59,893 nt of DNA from an uncultured archaeon (GTDB lineage Archaea; Asgardarchaeota; Lokiarchaeia; Sigyniarchaeales; SOKP01), in NCBI GenBank assembly GCA_964493715.1, contig CAZBPC010000013.1, positions 1 through 59,893 of the forward strand. Reading direction: 5' to 3'. Below, in pieces: positions 1-9,595 of the stretch. A program made the translations under genes and the position numbers. The notes beneath the pieces are model-generated. The model made no database searches and was not told the origin of the DNA. It was given only the letters and a program-made list of their open reading frames with translations. Within the stretch, counting starts at the first letter, position 1, and each line of letters starts with the position of its first letter.

Positions 1-2
1 GA

Positions 3-1157
3 CATTCAGAAGAACAAGAAAGGGGTATCTCAATAAAGTTAGGATATTCAAATGCTACGATTCTTTATTGTCCAACTTGTGATCAATATTTAACCTATCA
101 TATGGCTGAATTGGCAAGAGATAAGGGAAACCCGAAATTTCATTGCGCAAAATGTGGAGGTATTTTAGAATTTAAAAGAAATATTTCTTTTGTTGATGCT
201 CCTGGGCATGAAATATTGATGGCAACAATGTTGAGTGGTGCTTCATTAATGAATGGTGCTTGTCTATTAATCGCTGCTGATGAAGAGTGTCCTCAACCTC
301 AAACTCGAGAACATTTGGCTGCTCTAGAAATAGCAGGCATAAAAAATATTATAATCATTCAAAACAAGATTGATGCTGTTTCTAAAGAGCAAACCCTTGA
401 AAACTATAAACAGATAAAAGATTTTATACGTGGAACTGTTGCTGAAAATGCTCCAATAATACCTATCTCCGCAGTTTTTGGAGCAAATATTAATTTAGTA
501 GTTAGAGCATTTCAAGAAATTATCCCTACACCAAAAATGAATGAAAATGATAAATTTCAATTCCTTATTGCTCGATCCTTCGATATTAATCGTCCTGGAA
601 CAAATATTGAAAATCTGAATGGAGGTGTTATAGGGGGATCAGTATTGAAAGGGAAGATTGAAGTTGGTTCAACAGTCGAGATTCGTCCTGGTTTACATGT
701 TGAAAATAATTATAAACCTATTATCTCAACTATTGTCAGTATAAGTCAAGGAAGTAACAGGTTAGATGTAGCAAAACCCGGTGGCTTAATAGGATTAGGT
801 ACTAAATTGGATCCATCAGTGACGAGAGGTGATTCTTTAATTGGACAATTAGTTGGAGAATTGGATTCTTTACCAGACATAATCTCTGAAGTTGAATTAG
901 AAGTAAATTTATTAGAACGGGTAATAGGCACAGAAGATCAGATTAAAGTCCATGATCTTAGGCATAATGAAAAATTATTATTAGTTGTAGGAACAGAAAA
1001 AACCGCTGGAACAGTTGTAAAAATATTGAAGAACTCTTATATTCTAACTCTTAATCCCCCAATTTGCATACCTGAAAATTTTATTTTTGCGGTTTCAAGA
1101 ATAATAAATAGGAGATATCGACTTATCGGTTATGGAAAATCTATTCATCATGATTAA
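3..1157 (+). CDS. eif2g: Translation initiation factor 2 gamma subunit (5' end outside window)
   Basis: Frame is open from base 3: HSEEQERGISIKLGY, Zn-knuckle CPTC...CAKC, DAPGHE, QPQTREH, NKID, RSFDINRPG. Confidence 0.97.
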   Translation, partial: HSEEQERGISIKLGYSNATILYCPTCDQYLTYHMAELARDKGNPKFHCAKCGGILEFKRNISFVDAPGHEILMATMLSGASLMNGACLLIAADEECPQPQTREHLAALEIAGIKNIIIIQNKIDAVSKEQTLENYKQIKDFIRGTVAENAPIIPISAVFGANINLVVRAFQEIIPTPKMNENDKFQFLIARSFDINRPGTNIENLNGGVIGGSVLKGKIEVGSTVEIRPGLHVENNYKPIISTIVSISQGSNRLDVAKPGGLIGLGTKLDPSVTRGDSLIGQLVGELDSLPDIISEVELEVNLLERVIGTEDQIKVHDLRHNEKLLLVVGTEKTAGTVVKILKNSYILTLNPPICIPENFIFAVSRIINRRYRLIGYGKSIHHD

Positions 1158-1159
1158 GA

Positions 1160-1489
1160 TCATGAGGAATAAGAGAGAAAAATTTCGCGAATCTTACCTT
1201 TCACAAGAACCAATGATTCATCTTTTTGACTAATAATTTTTTGTAACGTAGTAATTACTTGAGTTTCGATATCAGAATTTTTCGTTTTAGTTATTATTTG
1301 CTTGGTTTCATAAAGAATTAAGCTATTTTCAATCTTTGCTAGAAAATGGAGAATAATTTCAATGTTGGCTTGACTTAATAAGTCAGTTTGAGATTTTGTT
1401 TCATTAAACTCATAAAAAATTTCATTCATAACTCGTTTCTCAATAAATTGAAGGAAGTTTTCGACATTATCTACGAAAATTACTATCAA
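1160..1489 (-). CDS. Hypothetical protein
   Basis: 109-aa ORF packed between neighbouring genes; no motif recognised. Confidence 0.6.
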   Translation of the reverse strand: MIVIFVDNVENFLQFIEKRVMNEIFYEFNETKSQTDLLSQANIEIILHFLAKIENSLILYETKQIITKTKNSDIETQVITTLQKIISQKDESLVLVKGKIREIFLSYSS

Positions 1490-1491
1490 GA

Positions 1492-3198
1492 TTAACGTTT
1501 GCTTCTATTTTTTAAATGATAGATAAAACCAATTAAGATGATTATACCAAAAAAAGAACCCAATACAAGTATAACGCTGGGGAAATGAAGAAAATTTGTA
1601 GCAATATAATTTGTATCTTGAAAAGTACTAACATCTGTTTCCAGTAGGAGTTGGTCATCTAAATAAATCCTCGCACTATAAATTCCATTTGGTACATTTG
1701 ATATTATTATCTCTCCGTTTTCATTTGTAAAAGCAGGAGCCATAGGTTGAATTAGATCATTCGAAATATAAGTGCCATAGAGCTTATTAAAATAAAGAAG
1801 TTCCAATTTTACACCTGTTAATGGCATGTTGATATTATCAGTGATAATCAATCTTAGATCTTTAGTTGCCTTATATTTTAATATACATGGATTAGTTTCA
1901 CCCTTCACGAGGTATGGTAGAATTATTCTTAATCCCTTTTTCTTTATTGAGTTTTTGGTAAAAATTAAACTATTAACCAATTTATCTTGAATTATAGAAA
2001 CGTTGGCATCATAGTATAATAGAGATCTTTTAAATTCTGAACTATTACTCATAACTTGGTCAATAGTAATTGAACTTTCAAATAAAGTGATATCACGAAT
2101 GATAATTTTTTCTGGACCAGATATAACGGATGGAAAATAAATTCTCTCTCTTATATCACGATTTTCTATGAGTCTATCTATAGACCATGAGAAATCAATT
2201 GGATTCTCAAACCTCAATGTAAAATTTGCTGAAAAGTGAATCACTATCGAAGAAAATTCAGCGTAAGTTGTTAAGTTAATGACATTATTACTACCTAGAT
2301 AATTTGAGACTTCTAAACCAGATACTTCCAAAGAATGGTTAAATAAAACTTCCTTATCTGGAAGATTTACTTCGAGAAAAGCTTTCAGGTTATTAGCGGG
2401 TACTTCTATATCAATGGAAGTTTCATTCCATTTATACCCCACAAATGTGAAATAATATTCAAATCTTGGAGAAAATGATTTTTCTTGAGTTCTTATCACC
2501 TGATTTTGACTTATCTGGTCGAGGTACCAACTTCTTATTGTGAGATTATATTCATATTTAACATACATAGTAAAATTATTAAAAGTGCTTTCTTGGAAAT
2601 AGTTATAATAGTTAAAACTTATGAAATTTGAAGAATCAATCGAATACTGATCCTCATCTAATTTTACAATGGGATCTGTTGATTGGTTATTTATAAACAC
2701 TTCTTTAATTAAAATTGGAGATAGACGAAAACCATATATCAAATAACCCTCCGCACCAGACTTTGAATAATTATACTCCACGCTAATGGATTCATTCAGA
2801 CCAACAGTAATTTTATTGTTATATGATGCTTGATCGAGATTATCATAGCGAGCTGATAAAGTTGTATAGAGATATGATGTATTTTGATAGGTCATTTTAA
2901 GAGCTCCTGTACTAAAATCATCTTGTAAGTCGGGGTATTCCACACTATTGTTATAAAAACCCTTCTCATTAAAAATCAGATTTGATACTGTGATGTTACC
3001 AAGATTTTGGCTATCATCTTCTAAAATTGGTTTATAATCCTCGATTGAGATGGCAAGCGGATTCGGTAATTCTTGCGCAGTATTCTCAATCCGATAAAAT
3101 TTATTATCCTCAAAAATGTAACTTGTTAGAATTGGAATTAAGAATAAAATGAATAAAATCAAGATTATCCGATATTTCTTGTATCGTAAAAGTATCAT
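1492..3198 (-). CDS. Membrane-anchored extracellular/surface protein
   Basis: N-terminal signal-like hydrophobic segment, beta-rich body with many N-x-S/T sequons, TNENGEI...VPNGIY transthyretin/carboxypeptidase-regulatory-like motif, C-terminal TM helix with basic tail. Confidence 0.75.
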   Translation of the reverse strand: MILLRYKKYRIILILFILFLIPILTSYIFEDNKFYRIENTAQELPNPLAISIEDYKPILEDDSQNLGNITVSNLIFNEKGFYNNSVEYPDLQDDFSTGALKMTYQNTSYLYTTLSARYDNLDQASYNNKITVGLNESISVEYNYSKSGAEGYLIYGFRLSPILIKEVFINNQSTDPIVKLDEDQYSIDSSNFISFNYYNYFQESTFNNFTMYVKYEYNLTIRSWYLDQISQNQVIRTQEKSFSPRFEYYFTFVGYKWNETSIDIEVPANNLKAFLEVNLPDKEVLFNHSLEVSGLEVSNYLGSNNVINLTTYAEFSSIVIHFSANFTLRFENPIDFSWSIDRLIENRDIRERIYFPSVISGPEKIIIRDITLFESSITIDQVMSNSSEFKRSLLYYDANVSIIQDKLVNSLIFTKNSIKKKGLRIILPYLVKGETNPCILKYKATKDLRLIITDNINMPLTGVKLELLYFNKLYGTYISNDLIQPMAPAFTNENGEIIISNVPNGIYSARIYLDDQLLLETDVSTFQDTNYIATNFLHFPSVILVLGSFFGIIILIGFIYHLKNRSKR

Positions 3199-3479
3199 AA
3201 TTCTCTATAGCTATAATATATAAAAGTAAAAATTAAATCAAATTAAATAATTTTTCCAAAGATTTTAACTTTAATATCAATTTTTAATCAAATTGGATAT
3301 TATAGCAATATTTATATTCATAGAATTTATCTATATTTTATTTAAAACCTCTTTTAGAGATAGAATAGGATGAAATGAATTAATATTAGAGCTATAGTAT
3401 ATCCAATTGAATATACAAACAGCTAAAACTACCATTTCTATACTTTAAGTATTTTGAATTTTTATTATAACTGAAGGTA

Positions 3480-4868
3480 ATGAATATAAAACCAAATCGA
3501 AATAAATTCTTGACAGTTCTTAATAATGCAGTTGACACATTTATCGATAATTCCAAAAATAACTATAATAATATAATCGCTATTACTCATAATGATGCTG
3601 ATGGAATAAGTTCGTTAAAAATCATTCAAAACTTGCTTCATAAAATGAATTTGGAACAAGATTATTTTATATACAACAGGTCATCATCTTGGGCAGCATA
3701 TCTGAAAGGAATTTTACCTAAAAGCTATGAACGTAAAAGTGCTTTTATATTTACGGATGTAGGCTCTTCATTAACAGAATTAATTCCAATTATATCTTCA
3801 AGAAAGGAAGATTTTTATATTCTTGATCATCATGAAGTTGATGATAAGGTTGCTCTTGATCATCTACCTGAGAATTTATTTTTTGTGAATCCTACTGTAT
3901 ATGGGTATGATGGACTCGATCACATAGCAGGAGCTACTCTAACACACTTGTTTGCTAAACGTGTTAAGCCAGCAATTATCAACCAAGGGTGGTTAACTGT
4001 AATTGGTATCGCTGGAGATTCACTTAGATCTATGGATAAGTTAAAATCATTTAATAAGGATGTATATGAAGAAATTGTTAATGAAGACATAATTCAAGAC
4101 AAGGAGGGGCTCATTTTATTTGGAGCTATGAATGATAATATAAAAAATGGATTAAAACATAGCATTTTACCGTTTGTAAAGGATTATGGGGGAGAGAATG
4201 AACATAAAATAAAATCATTACTTAGTGAGCTGGCTATAGATCCTAATAAGAAGATTGTTGATTTGAATTCTACAGAAATTAATTCACTTCAAATTAAAAC
4301 TCATTTATCTAAGGGAAATTATGCTATTATCCCCCAAAAACAAGGATTATTACGACATGCTTTTGAACACGCATTATTACTCAATATCCTCTCATTTAAA
4401 AATATAAGTGCTGCTCTTTCAATAGTTCAACAGAATTCAATAACTCGATATGCACAGGGGATTTACTTAGAATATATTAACACTCTTTCATCTAATTTAA
4501 AAATATTATCAAAAGAACTCCCTCACATTGAGACAAAAAAAGCAATCTTTATTGATGCGGGAAATGGAAAGATTCCTCCAAGTAATTGGTCAGATACAGC
4601 AAGTTTTAGTACTGTTAATAATTTATTAAATCCTAATAAAATGTTATTCTTAGGAGGTCTTGAGAAGAAGACACAGATGATGAAACTTAGTATTCGTTGT
4701 TCAAGGAATTATTTAAAATCTCATGATGGATATGGAGTAAATAACGTCATTTCAAAAATTAAGAATAATTTTGGAGGAATGGGAGGAGGTCATAAATTAG
4801 CTGGAGGTTTAAGATTATCAATTCCCTCCTATAATAAACTAAAAGAAAATGTGGATAATCTTCTTTAG
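3480..4868 (+). CDS. DHH family phosphoesterase (RecJ/Cdc45-like)
   Basis: THNDADG, TDVG, LDHH and C-terminal DHHA1 GGGHKLAGG motifs. Confidence 0.88.
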   Translation: MNIKPNRNKFLTVLNNAVDTFIDNSKNNYNNIIAITHNDADGISSLKIIQNLLHKMNLEQDYFIYNRSSSWAAYLKGILPKSYERKSAFIFTDVGSSLTELIPIISSRKEDFYILDHHEVDDKVALDHLPENLFFVNPTVYGYDGLDHIAGATLTHLFAKRVKPAIINQGWLTVIGIAGDSLRSMDKLKSFNKDVYEEIVNEDIIQDKEGLILFGAMNDNIKNGLKHSILPFVKDYGGENEHKIKSLLSELAIDPNKKIVDLNSTEINSLQIKTHLSKGNYAIIPQKQGLLRHAFEHALLLNILSFKNISAALSIVQQNSITRYAQGIYLEYINTLSSNLKILSKELPHIETKKAIFIDAGNGKIPPSNWSDTASFSTVNNLLNPNKMLFLGGLEKKTQMMKLSIRCSRNYLKSHDGYGVNNVISKIKNNFGGMGGGHKLAGGLRLSIPSYNKLKENVDNLL

Positions 4869-4883
4869 AACTTTGGTTGAATA

Positions 4884-5192
4884 ATGAATTTCATTGAAAT
4901 GATTTCGGAATTTGTTTTTATTATACATATTAAAATTAAACCTAACAGCAAAAGACAATTTATTGCTAAGCCGAGTACAAATGATGAACAAATCCTAATA
5001 TCCATTCGTTCAGAAGCTAAACAAAATAAAGCTAATATTGAATTATTAAATTTGATTAAAAAAAAATTAAAAGTGGGCATTTCTCAACTCCAAATTATTT
5101 CAGGAATGAAAAATTCGAATAAAAGAATAAAAATTACATTTTCGGAAAGTCATCAAAAAGAAGAAATTCTAAATAAGTTATTGCATAATTAA
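4884..5192 (+). CDS. DUF167 (YggU/UPF0235) family protein
   Basis: KIKPNSK...KANIELLNLI...IISGMKNSNKRI pattern. Confidence 0.8.
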   Translation: MNFIEMISEFVFIIHIKIKPNSKRQFIAKPSTNDEQILISIRSEAKQNKANIELLNLIKKKLKVGISQLQIISGMKNSNKRIKITFSESHQKEEILNKLLHN

Positions 5193-5539
5193 CTGCCAAT
5201 TTTTTTCATTTTCCCACATTTTAAACACGTGATAAAGTGCGTCATTCCTTCATCAGCACTTCTTGTTTGACGCGTTTCAAGATGTGCTTTATCGTAGCCA
5301 CATCTTGGACATTTAAAATTTTTGATAGAGCTTCGTAAGTTCTCTTCCTTCCAATCCATTACATCTGTTAGAAATGTCACCTCCTCCCTTATCGGATGCT
5401 GGATCTTGGTAGATATTTTATATGATTCTGATTTATCCTCTTGAAAAGGTTTTGTAAAACCACATTTACACTTAAATACTTTTTGACCATCTAAAGTGGA
5501 AGGTACCATCATCCCTCCACATTCATCACAAAATTCCGA
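5189..5539 (-). CDS. tfs: Transcription elongation/cleavage factor TFS (RpoM family); true start lies upstream of the ORF-track start
   Basis: In-frame extension EFCDECGG completes the N-terminal Zn ribbon; C-terminal CPRC...QTRSADE...CLKC with catalytic DE. Confidence 0.93.
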   Translation of the reverse strand, partial: SEFCDECGGMMVPSTLDGQKVFKCKCGFTKPFQEDKSESYKISTKIQHPIREEVTFLTDVMDWKEENLRSSIKNFKCPRCGYDKAHLETRQTRSADEGMTHFITCLKCGKMKKIGS

Positions 5540-5609
5540 GTAAATACACCTTTTTATTCTTCTACCAAATTTATGGTTTTATTCAGAAAAAAATTTTACG
5601 TTTTTTGCA

Positions 5610-6632
5610 TTAAAATCTTAGACCAAATAACAAGGCACAAAATATGATCCCTGCCGTTATATCAGCCGTTGTTCCTGGATTCATCAGACCATTTTTAAAA
5701 TGCAATTTTTTATCTAATTTTATAACAGATTTCAGACCATTCTTTGTGGCGATCCCACCTAATCTTAAGACCCGATCTGCAGCCTTTGATACATTTTTTG
5801 CATTAGACAACCCCGATTTTCGTATAATCAAAGTATCAGGATGATTAGAAAGAACATTTAAAAACGTATTTACCGTGGCAATATTTATATCTTTATAGGT
5901 TTCATAGGTGTTGAAAAAAAATGGTAATCCTTCTTTTAAAGTGATGGAAAAGTTAGTAGAGTATTCCCTACTAATCATATCATAACTCTTTGAAAGGTCA
6001 AAAATCTTTTTTAATGTAATTTCATCATTCTTTATTTCATTAATTGAATTATTATCATTTAAATCATATTTGTCTATTTTACCTAAACCGCCCGGATTGC
6101 AATATTTAATTGCTTTATAAAGTGAAACAGTATCATTTATTGTAGTATCCTTTATGATTTTTTTTAATATCTCCTTAAAATTCGAAATATTATGTAATTT
6201 TTGTTTGAAGCAAATGATCCCTGCTGCCAATAAAGGTGCTAAAATAAGGAGGTGCCCTAACAAAACATTACCTCCTTTTTGCCATTGCATCATTTGAAAG
6301 GACGCAGATTCAAAAAATTGCCCCAATTTAATGAATCCATAATCAACTTTATTATTTTCTAGTTCTTCATAAATTCTCTCACAAAATATTCTGAAATTAG
6401 GTTGTATTGCCGCTATCCCTGCCAAAAAATGCTCAAATCTTGTGGATTCAAAATCTTTTAATCTATGCACATTACCCGGTTTTGGCCAACCAGAAAGTTC
6501 AAGTAAACTAGCTAAATTTATACATCTCAGTATGTCATCTAATGATTTAACAGAAATTAATTTAGAACTCACATTTAAAATATAGAAATGATACATAATA
6601 AAGTTTAAACAATTAGTAATAAGATAACTCAA
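5610..6632 (-). CDS. citG: Triphosphoribosyl-dephospho-CoA synthase (CitG/MdcB) family protein; true start probably near 6572-6596
   Basis: ELSGWPKPGNV, PDTLIIRK and NPGTTAD motifs. Confidence 0.85.
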   Translation of the reverse strand: MSYLITNCLNFIMYHFYILNVSSKLISVKSLDDILRCINLASLLELSGWPKPGNVHRLKDFESTRFEHFLAGIAAIQPNFRIFCERIYEELENNKVDYGFIKLGQFFESASFQMMQWQKGGNVLLGHLLILAPLLAAGIICFKQKLHNISNFKEILKKIIKDTTINDTVSLYKAIKYCNPGGLGKIDKYDLNDNNSINEIKNDEITLKKIFDLSKSYDMISREYSTNFSITLKEGLPFFFNTYETYKDINIATVNTFLNVLSNHPDTLIIRKSGLSNAKNVSKAADRVLRLGGIATKNGLKSVIKLDKKLHFKNGLMNPGTTADITAGIIFCALLFGLRF

Positions 6633-6927
6633 TTATTTTTTTCTCAAGAACTAAGTATCCTACTTTATCATCTTTTTTATATGATACTGGTCTAAATTTA
6701 TCTTTTAAACCTTTTTGATGTAAGAATTTTTTTATTCTGAGTTTAATTGTCCTATTGGAAAGATGTATGGGGGTAGTTAATTCTAAATCGTTTCCTTTAC
6801 GATTTACATCTATATGGGGAAGCATTTCAGAGATAGATCTCATTAAATCATTTGTATATTCATCTTTCCATTTACTGGTTGTTCCGCTAGCTTTTATATT
6901 GATAGTAATAGTTTTTGTTTCACTCAT
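6613..6927 (-). CDS. rpl22e: Ribosomal protein eL22 (L22e) homologue
   Basis: LSNRTIKLRIKKFLHQKGLKDKFRPVS...ELSYY matches the eL22 C-terminal pattern (FSKRYLKYLTKKYLKK.NLRDWLRVVA...YELRYF); basic, about 100 aa. Confidence 0.75.
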   Translation of the reverse strand: MSETKTITINIKASGTTSKWKDEYTNDLMRSISEMLPHIDVNRKGNDLELTTPIHLSNRTIKLRIKKFLHQKGLKDKFRPVSYKKDDKVGYLVLEKKIIELSYY

Positions 6928-7054
6928 TAAAAATCACTTTAGGTAATTTATGATATTATAAAATTTTTTTGATTTTCATTTTATTTTCAGTAAAGATAAA
7001 ACATTTATGTGAAATTATTTTTAATTCTTTAATATATATGCGAAGTTAAAGGTA

Positions 7055-8341
7055 TTGAACAATATGGTTGACTATATTAATTTAAATTACGAACCAAGTG
7101 AAAAAGACCTTGTAGTAATGTATTATGTTGAAAAATCTAATGAGTGCAAAAGTTTAGAAAGCGCATCAGAAGAAATTGCAAAAGAAAGTTCTATTGGAAC
7201 GTGGACTGAAATAGCCACTTTATCCTCCGCCATTGCTAAACGTTTGAAGCCTTCAGTCTTTTATATAAATGAAGTTAATGGTATAATTAAAATAGCATAT
7301 CCAGAAGAATTATTTGAATTGAATAATATACCCCAAATTCTGAGCGCAATCGCAGGAAATATTTATGGAATGAAAGTAATAGAAAATTTGAGGTTAATTG
7401 ATGTAAAATTTCCAAAAAATATGATAGATGCTCATTATGGCCCTAAGTTTGGTATTAAGGGAATTAGAAAACTCCTTGGTATTGAAAATCGCCCGTTATT
7501 AGGGACAATTGTAAAACCAAAAGTTGGTTTAAATGAGATTGAACATGCTCATGTTTGTGGAGATGCGTGGATGGGGGGTTTAGACATTGTTAAAGATGAT
7601 GAAAATTTAACCAGCATGAAATTCAACACATTTCAAAAAAGAATTATTGAAACCTTAAAAGTTCGGGATAAAGTTGAGAAGGAGACTAACGAGAAAAAAA
7701 TATATATGCCAAATATCACAGCTAAGGTAGATATTATGAAAAAACGTGCAGATATTGTTATAGAAAATGGAGGAGAATATATCATGCTAGATATATTAAC
7801 TGTAGGATTTTCAGCTCTGCAAGAAATAAGAAGCTATCTCGATGATAAAAATATTGTGATCCATGCACACAGAGCAATGCACGCAGCACTTACTAGAAAT
7901 AAAAGACACGGGATGACAATGCTTTCTCTAGCAAAAATTATGCGCTTAATTGGGATGGATCAGCTGCATACAGGAACGATTGTAGGTAAAATGGAGGGAG
8001 ACAAACGTGAAGTTCAAGAGATTAATCATGTTATCACCAAAAAAGAGATTGAAGGTAATAATATTACCCAATTACCTCAAAATTGGGGATCAATCAATTC
8101 GATACTACCCGTAGCATCAGGAGGATTAAGTCCTTTACACATCCCAGACCTAATTGAACTTCTAGGGATAGATATGGTATTTCAATTCGGTGGGGGTTGT
8201 CATGGTCACCCCGATGGAACATTATCTGGAGCAAAAGCTATTCGGCAGGCCGTTGAAGCTACTCTTAAAGGAATTAGCCTAATTGAATATGCAAAAACAC
8301 ACGATGAGATAAAAAGAGCATTAAATAAATGGAAATTATAA
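7055..8341 (+). CDS. rbcL: RuBisCO large subunit, form III
   Basis: ESSIGTW, GTIVKPKVG, GLDIVKDDE (carbamylated Lys motif), HAHRAMH, loop-6 VGKMEG, ASGG, QFGGG. Confidence 0.95.
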   Translation: MNNMVDYINLNYEPSEKDLVVMYYVEKSNECKSLESASEEIAKESSIGTWTEIATLSSAIAKRLKPSVFYINEVNGIIKIAYPEELFELNNIPQILSAIAGNIYGMKVIENLRLIDVKFPKNMIDAHYGPKFGIKGIRKLLGIENRPLLGTIVKPKVGLNEIEHAHVCGDAWMGGLDIVKDDENLTSMKFNTFQKRIIETLKVRDKVEKETNEKKIYMPNITAKVDIMKKRADIVIENGGEYIMLDILTVGFSALQEIRSYLDDKNIVIHAHRAMHAALTRNKRHGMTMLSLAKIMRLIGMDQLHTGTIVGKMEGDKREVQEINHVITKKEIEGNNITQLPQNWGSINSILPVASGGLSPLHIPDLIELLGIDMVFQFGGGCHGHPDGTLSGAKAIRQAVEATLKGISLIEYAKTHDEIKRALNKWKL

Positions 8342-8346
8342 TAATT

Positions 8347-9291
8347 TTAATTAATTAAATCAGGATATAGTTTCGCAAAATAATTATGCACGTGACTGCT
8401 TGCAAATATACCTGCTTCAGTTATTAAGCCATCAATGTATCTCCTACTTACGGTTTCGAAAGCAGGATTTAAAATTGTTAAATTTTTATGTTTATAATCC
8501 CAAATTTCTTTAGGATCTCTCATTTCAATTTTTTCCAAGATTCCAAAACTAGTATCGGGATTGTATTTCAATAACTGCGATGCTACATAAAAAGGAACGT
8601 GTTCTTCATGAGCTACTAGCGCTAAAAGGCGCGTTCCAATTTTATTAAGAACTGTACCTTCTGATGTTATAGAGTCTGCTCCCACAATTATCATATCAAC
8701 GTTAAAGTGATTCACTGCCCATCTCATTGCACTATCCACTATATGAATGACTTCTATTCCTGCTGAAAGTAATTTCTTTGCCGTTTTTCTCCCTTGCAAA
8801 CGAGGTTGTGTCTCGGTATTGATGACTTTAAAATTATCTTTTCCTTGTTTTTTTGCTTCTAATAATATTGCTGTTACAGCTGAACTATGACAATGTGTCA
8901 TTACGATAAAATCATCTTCAGTCTCCATATCTGGAATTCTTCTAGCCCCAATTTCTGCAATTTTTCTCTTAGAATCTTGAAACATTGATTTATATTCATT
9001 TTTTAAAACTTCAATGATTGCTGGAATATATTTTACTTCTAATTCATTTTTAGTTTTATCTATTTTGTTCATGATATAATTAAGTCCATTTCTCATTGCA
9101 GGCTCGGTAACTCTTGTGCTTTCCAACAATCTTTTCGCTTCGTGTAACTTTGTTATAGTCTCGTCCAAATCTAAGCAATCAATTCTTTTCGCATATTGAC
9201 TTAAAAAATGAATGGCACTTATGGCGACGTTTGAGGCTCCTTGAATTTCTAAGGAACTTATTCTTTCAGCGTCTTTTAATAATTGCTCCAT
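8347..9291 (-). CDS. Ribose-1,5-bisphosphate isomerase (eIF2B-alpha-like family)
   Basis: IQGA, TRVTEP, MTHCHS (catalytic Cys), ET.P..QG, VGADSI, NKIGT, NPAF; convergent with rbcL. Confidence 0.85.
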   Translation of the reverse strand: MEQLLKDAERISSLEIQGASNVAISAIHFLSQYAKRIDCLDLDETITKLHEAKRLLESTRVTEPAMRNGLNYIMNKIDKTKNELEVKYIPAIIEVLKNEYKSMFQDSKRKIAEIGARRIPDMETEDDFIVMTHCHSSAVTAILLEAKKQGKDNFKVINTETQPRLQGRKTAKKLLSAGIEVIHIVDSAMRWAVNHFNVDMIIVGADSITSEGTVLNKIGTRLLALVAHEEHVPFYVASQLLKYNPDTSFGILEKIEMRDPKEIWDYKHKNLTILNPAFETVSRRYIDGLITEAGIFASSHVHNYFAKLYPDLIN

Positions 9292-9297
9292 GATATA

Positions 9298-9483
9298 TTA
9301 ACTCTCAACATTCTTTTCTTCATCTTCTGAAATTATATCATTACGATCTATTTCTAAGTATAAAGAACCTAAATAACCACAATTCTTACATTCAAAATAA
9401 TCTGGGGATAACCACCCCGATACATTAAGAGCAGTTTTTAGCTTAGGTTGTTTACAATTGGGACAAATCCTTAATTTCTTCAT
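9298..9483 (-). CDS. Small Zn-ribbon protein
   Basis: CPNC...SGWL...CKNCGY, acidic tail; 6 nt upstream of the isomerase gene. Confidence 0.75.
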   Translation of the reverse strand: MKKLRICPNCKQPKLKTALNVSGWLSPDYFECKNCGYLGSLYLEIDRNDIISEDEEKNVES

Positions 9484-9595
9484 ACTTCTATTAATTATAA
9501 GAAATATTATTTAGTAAATTTATTCCCTATAATAATTAAATACTAAACCTTTTAAAATAAATGTAATATGTAAAGGAATTGTATTAAAGTGTGAT

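Noticed and set aside
8347-9291. True eIF2B subunit or methylthioribose-1-phosphate isomerase
   Set aside because: MTHCHS and IQGA motifs plus adjacency to form III RuBisCO fit R15P isomerase better; not formally excluded without a tree
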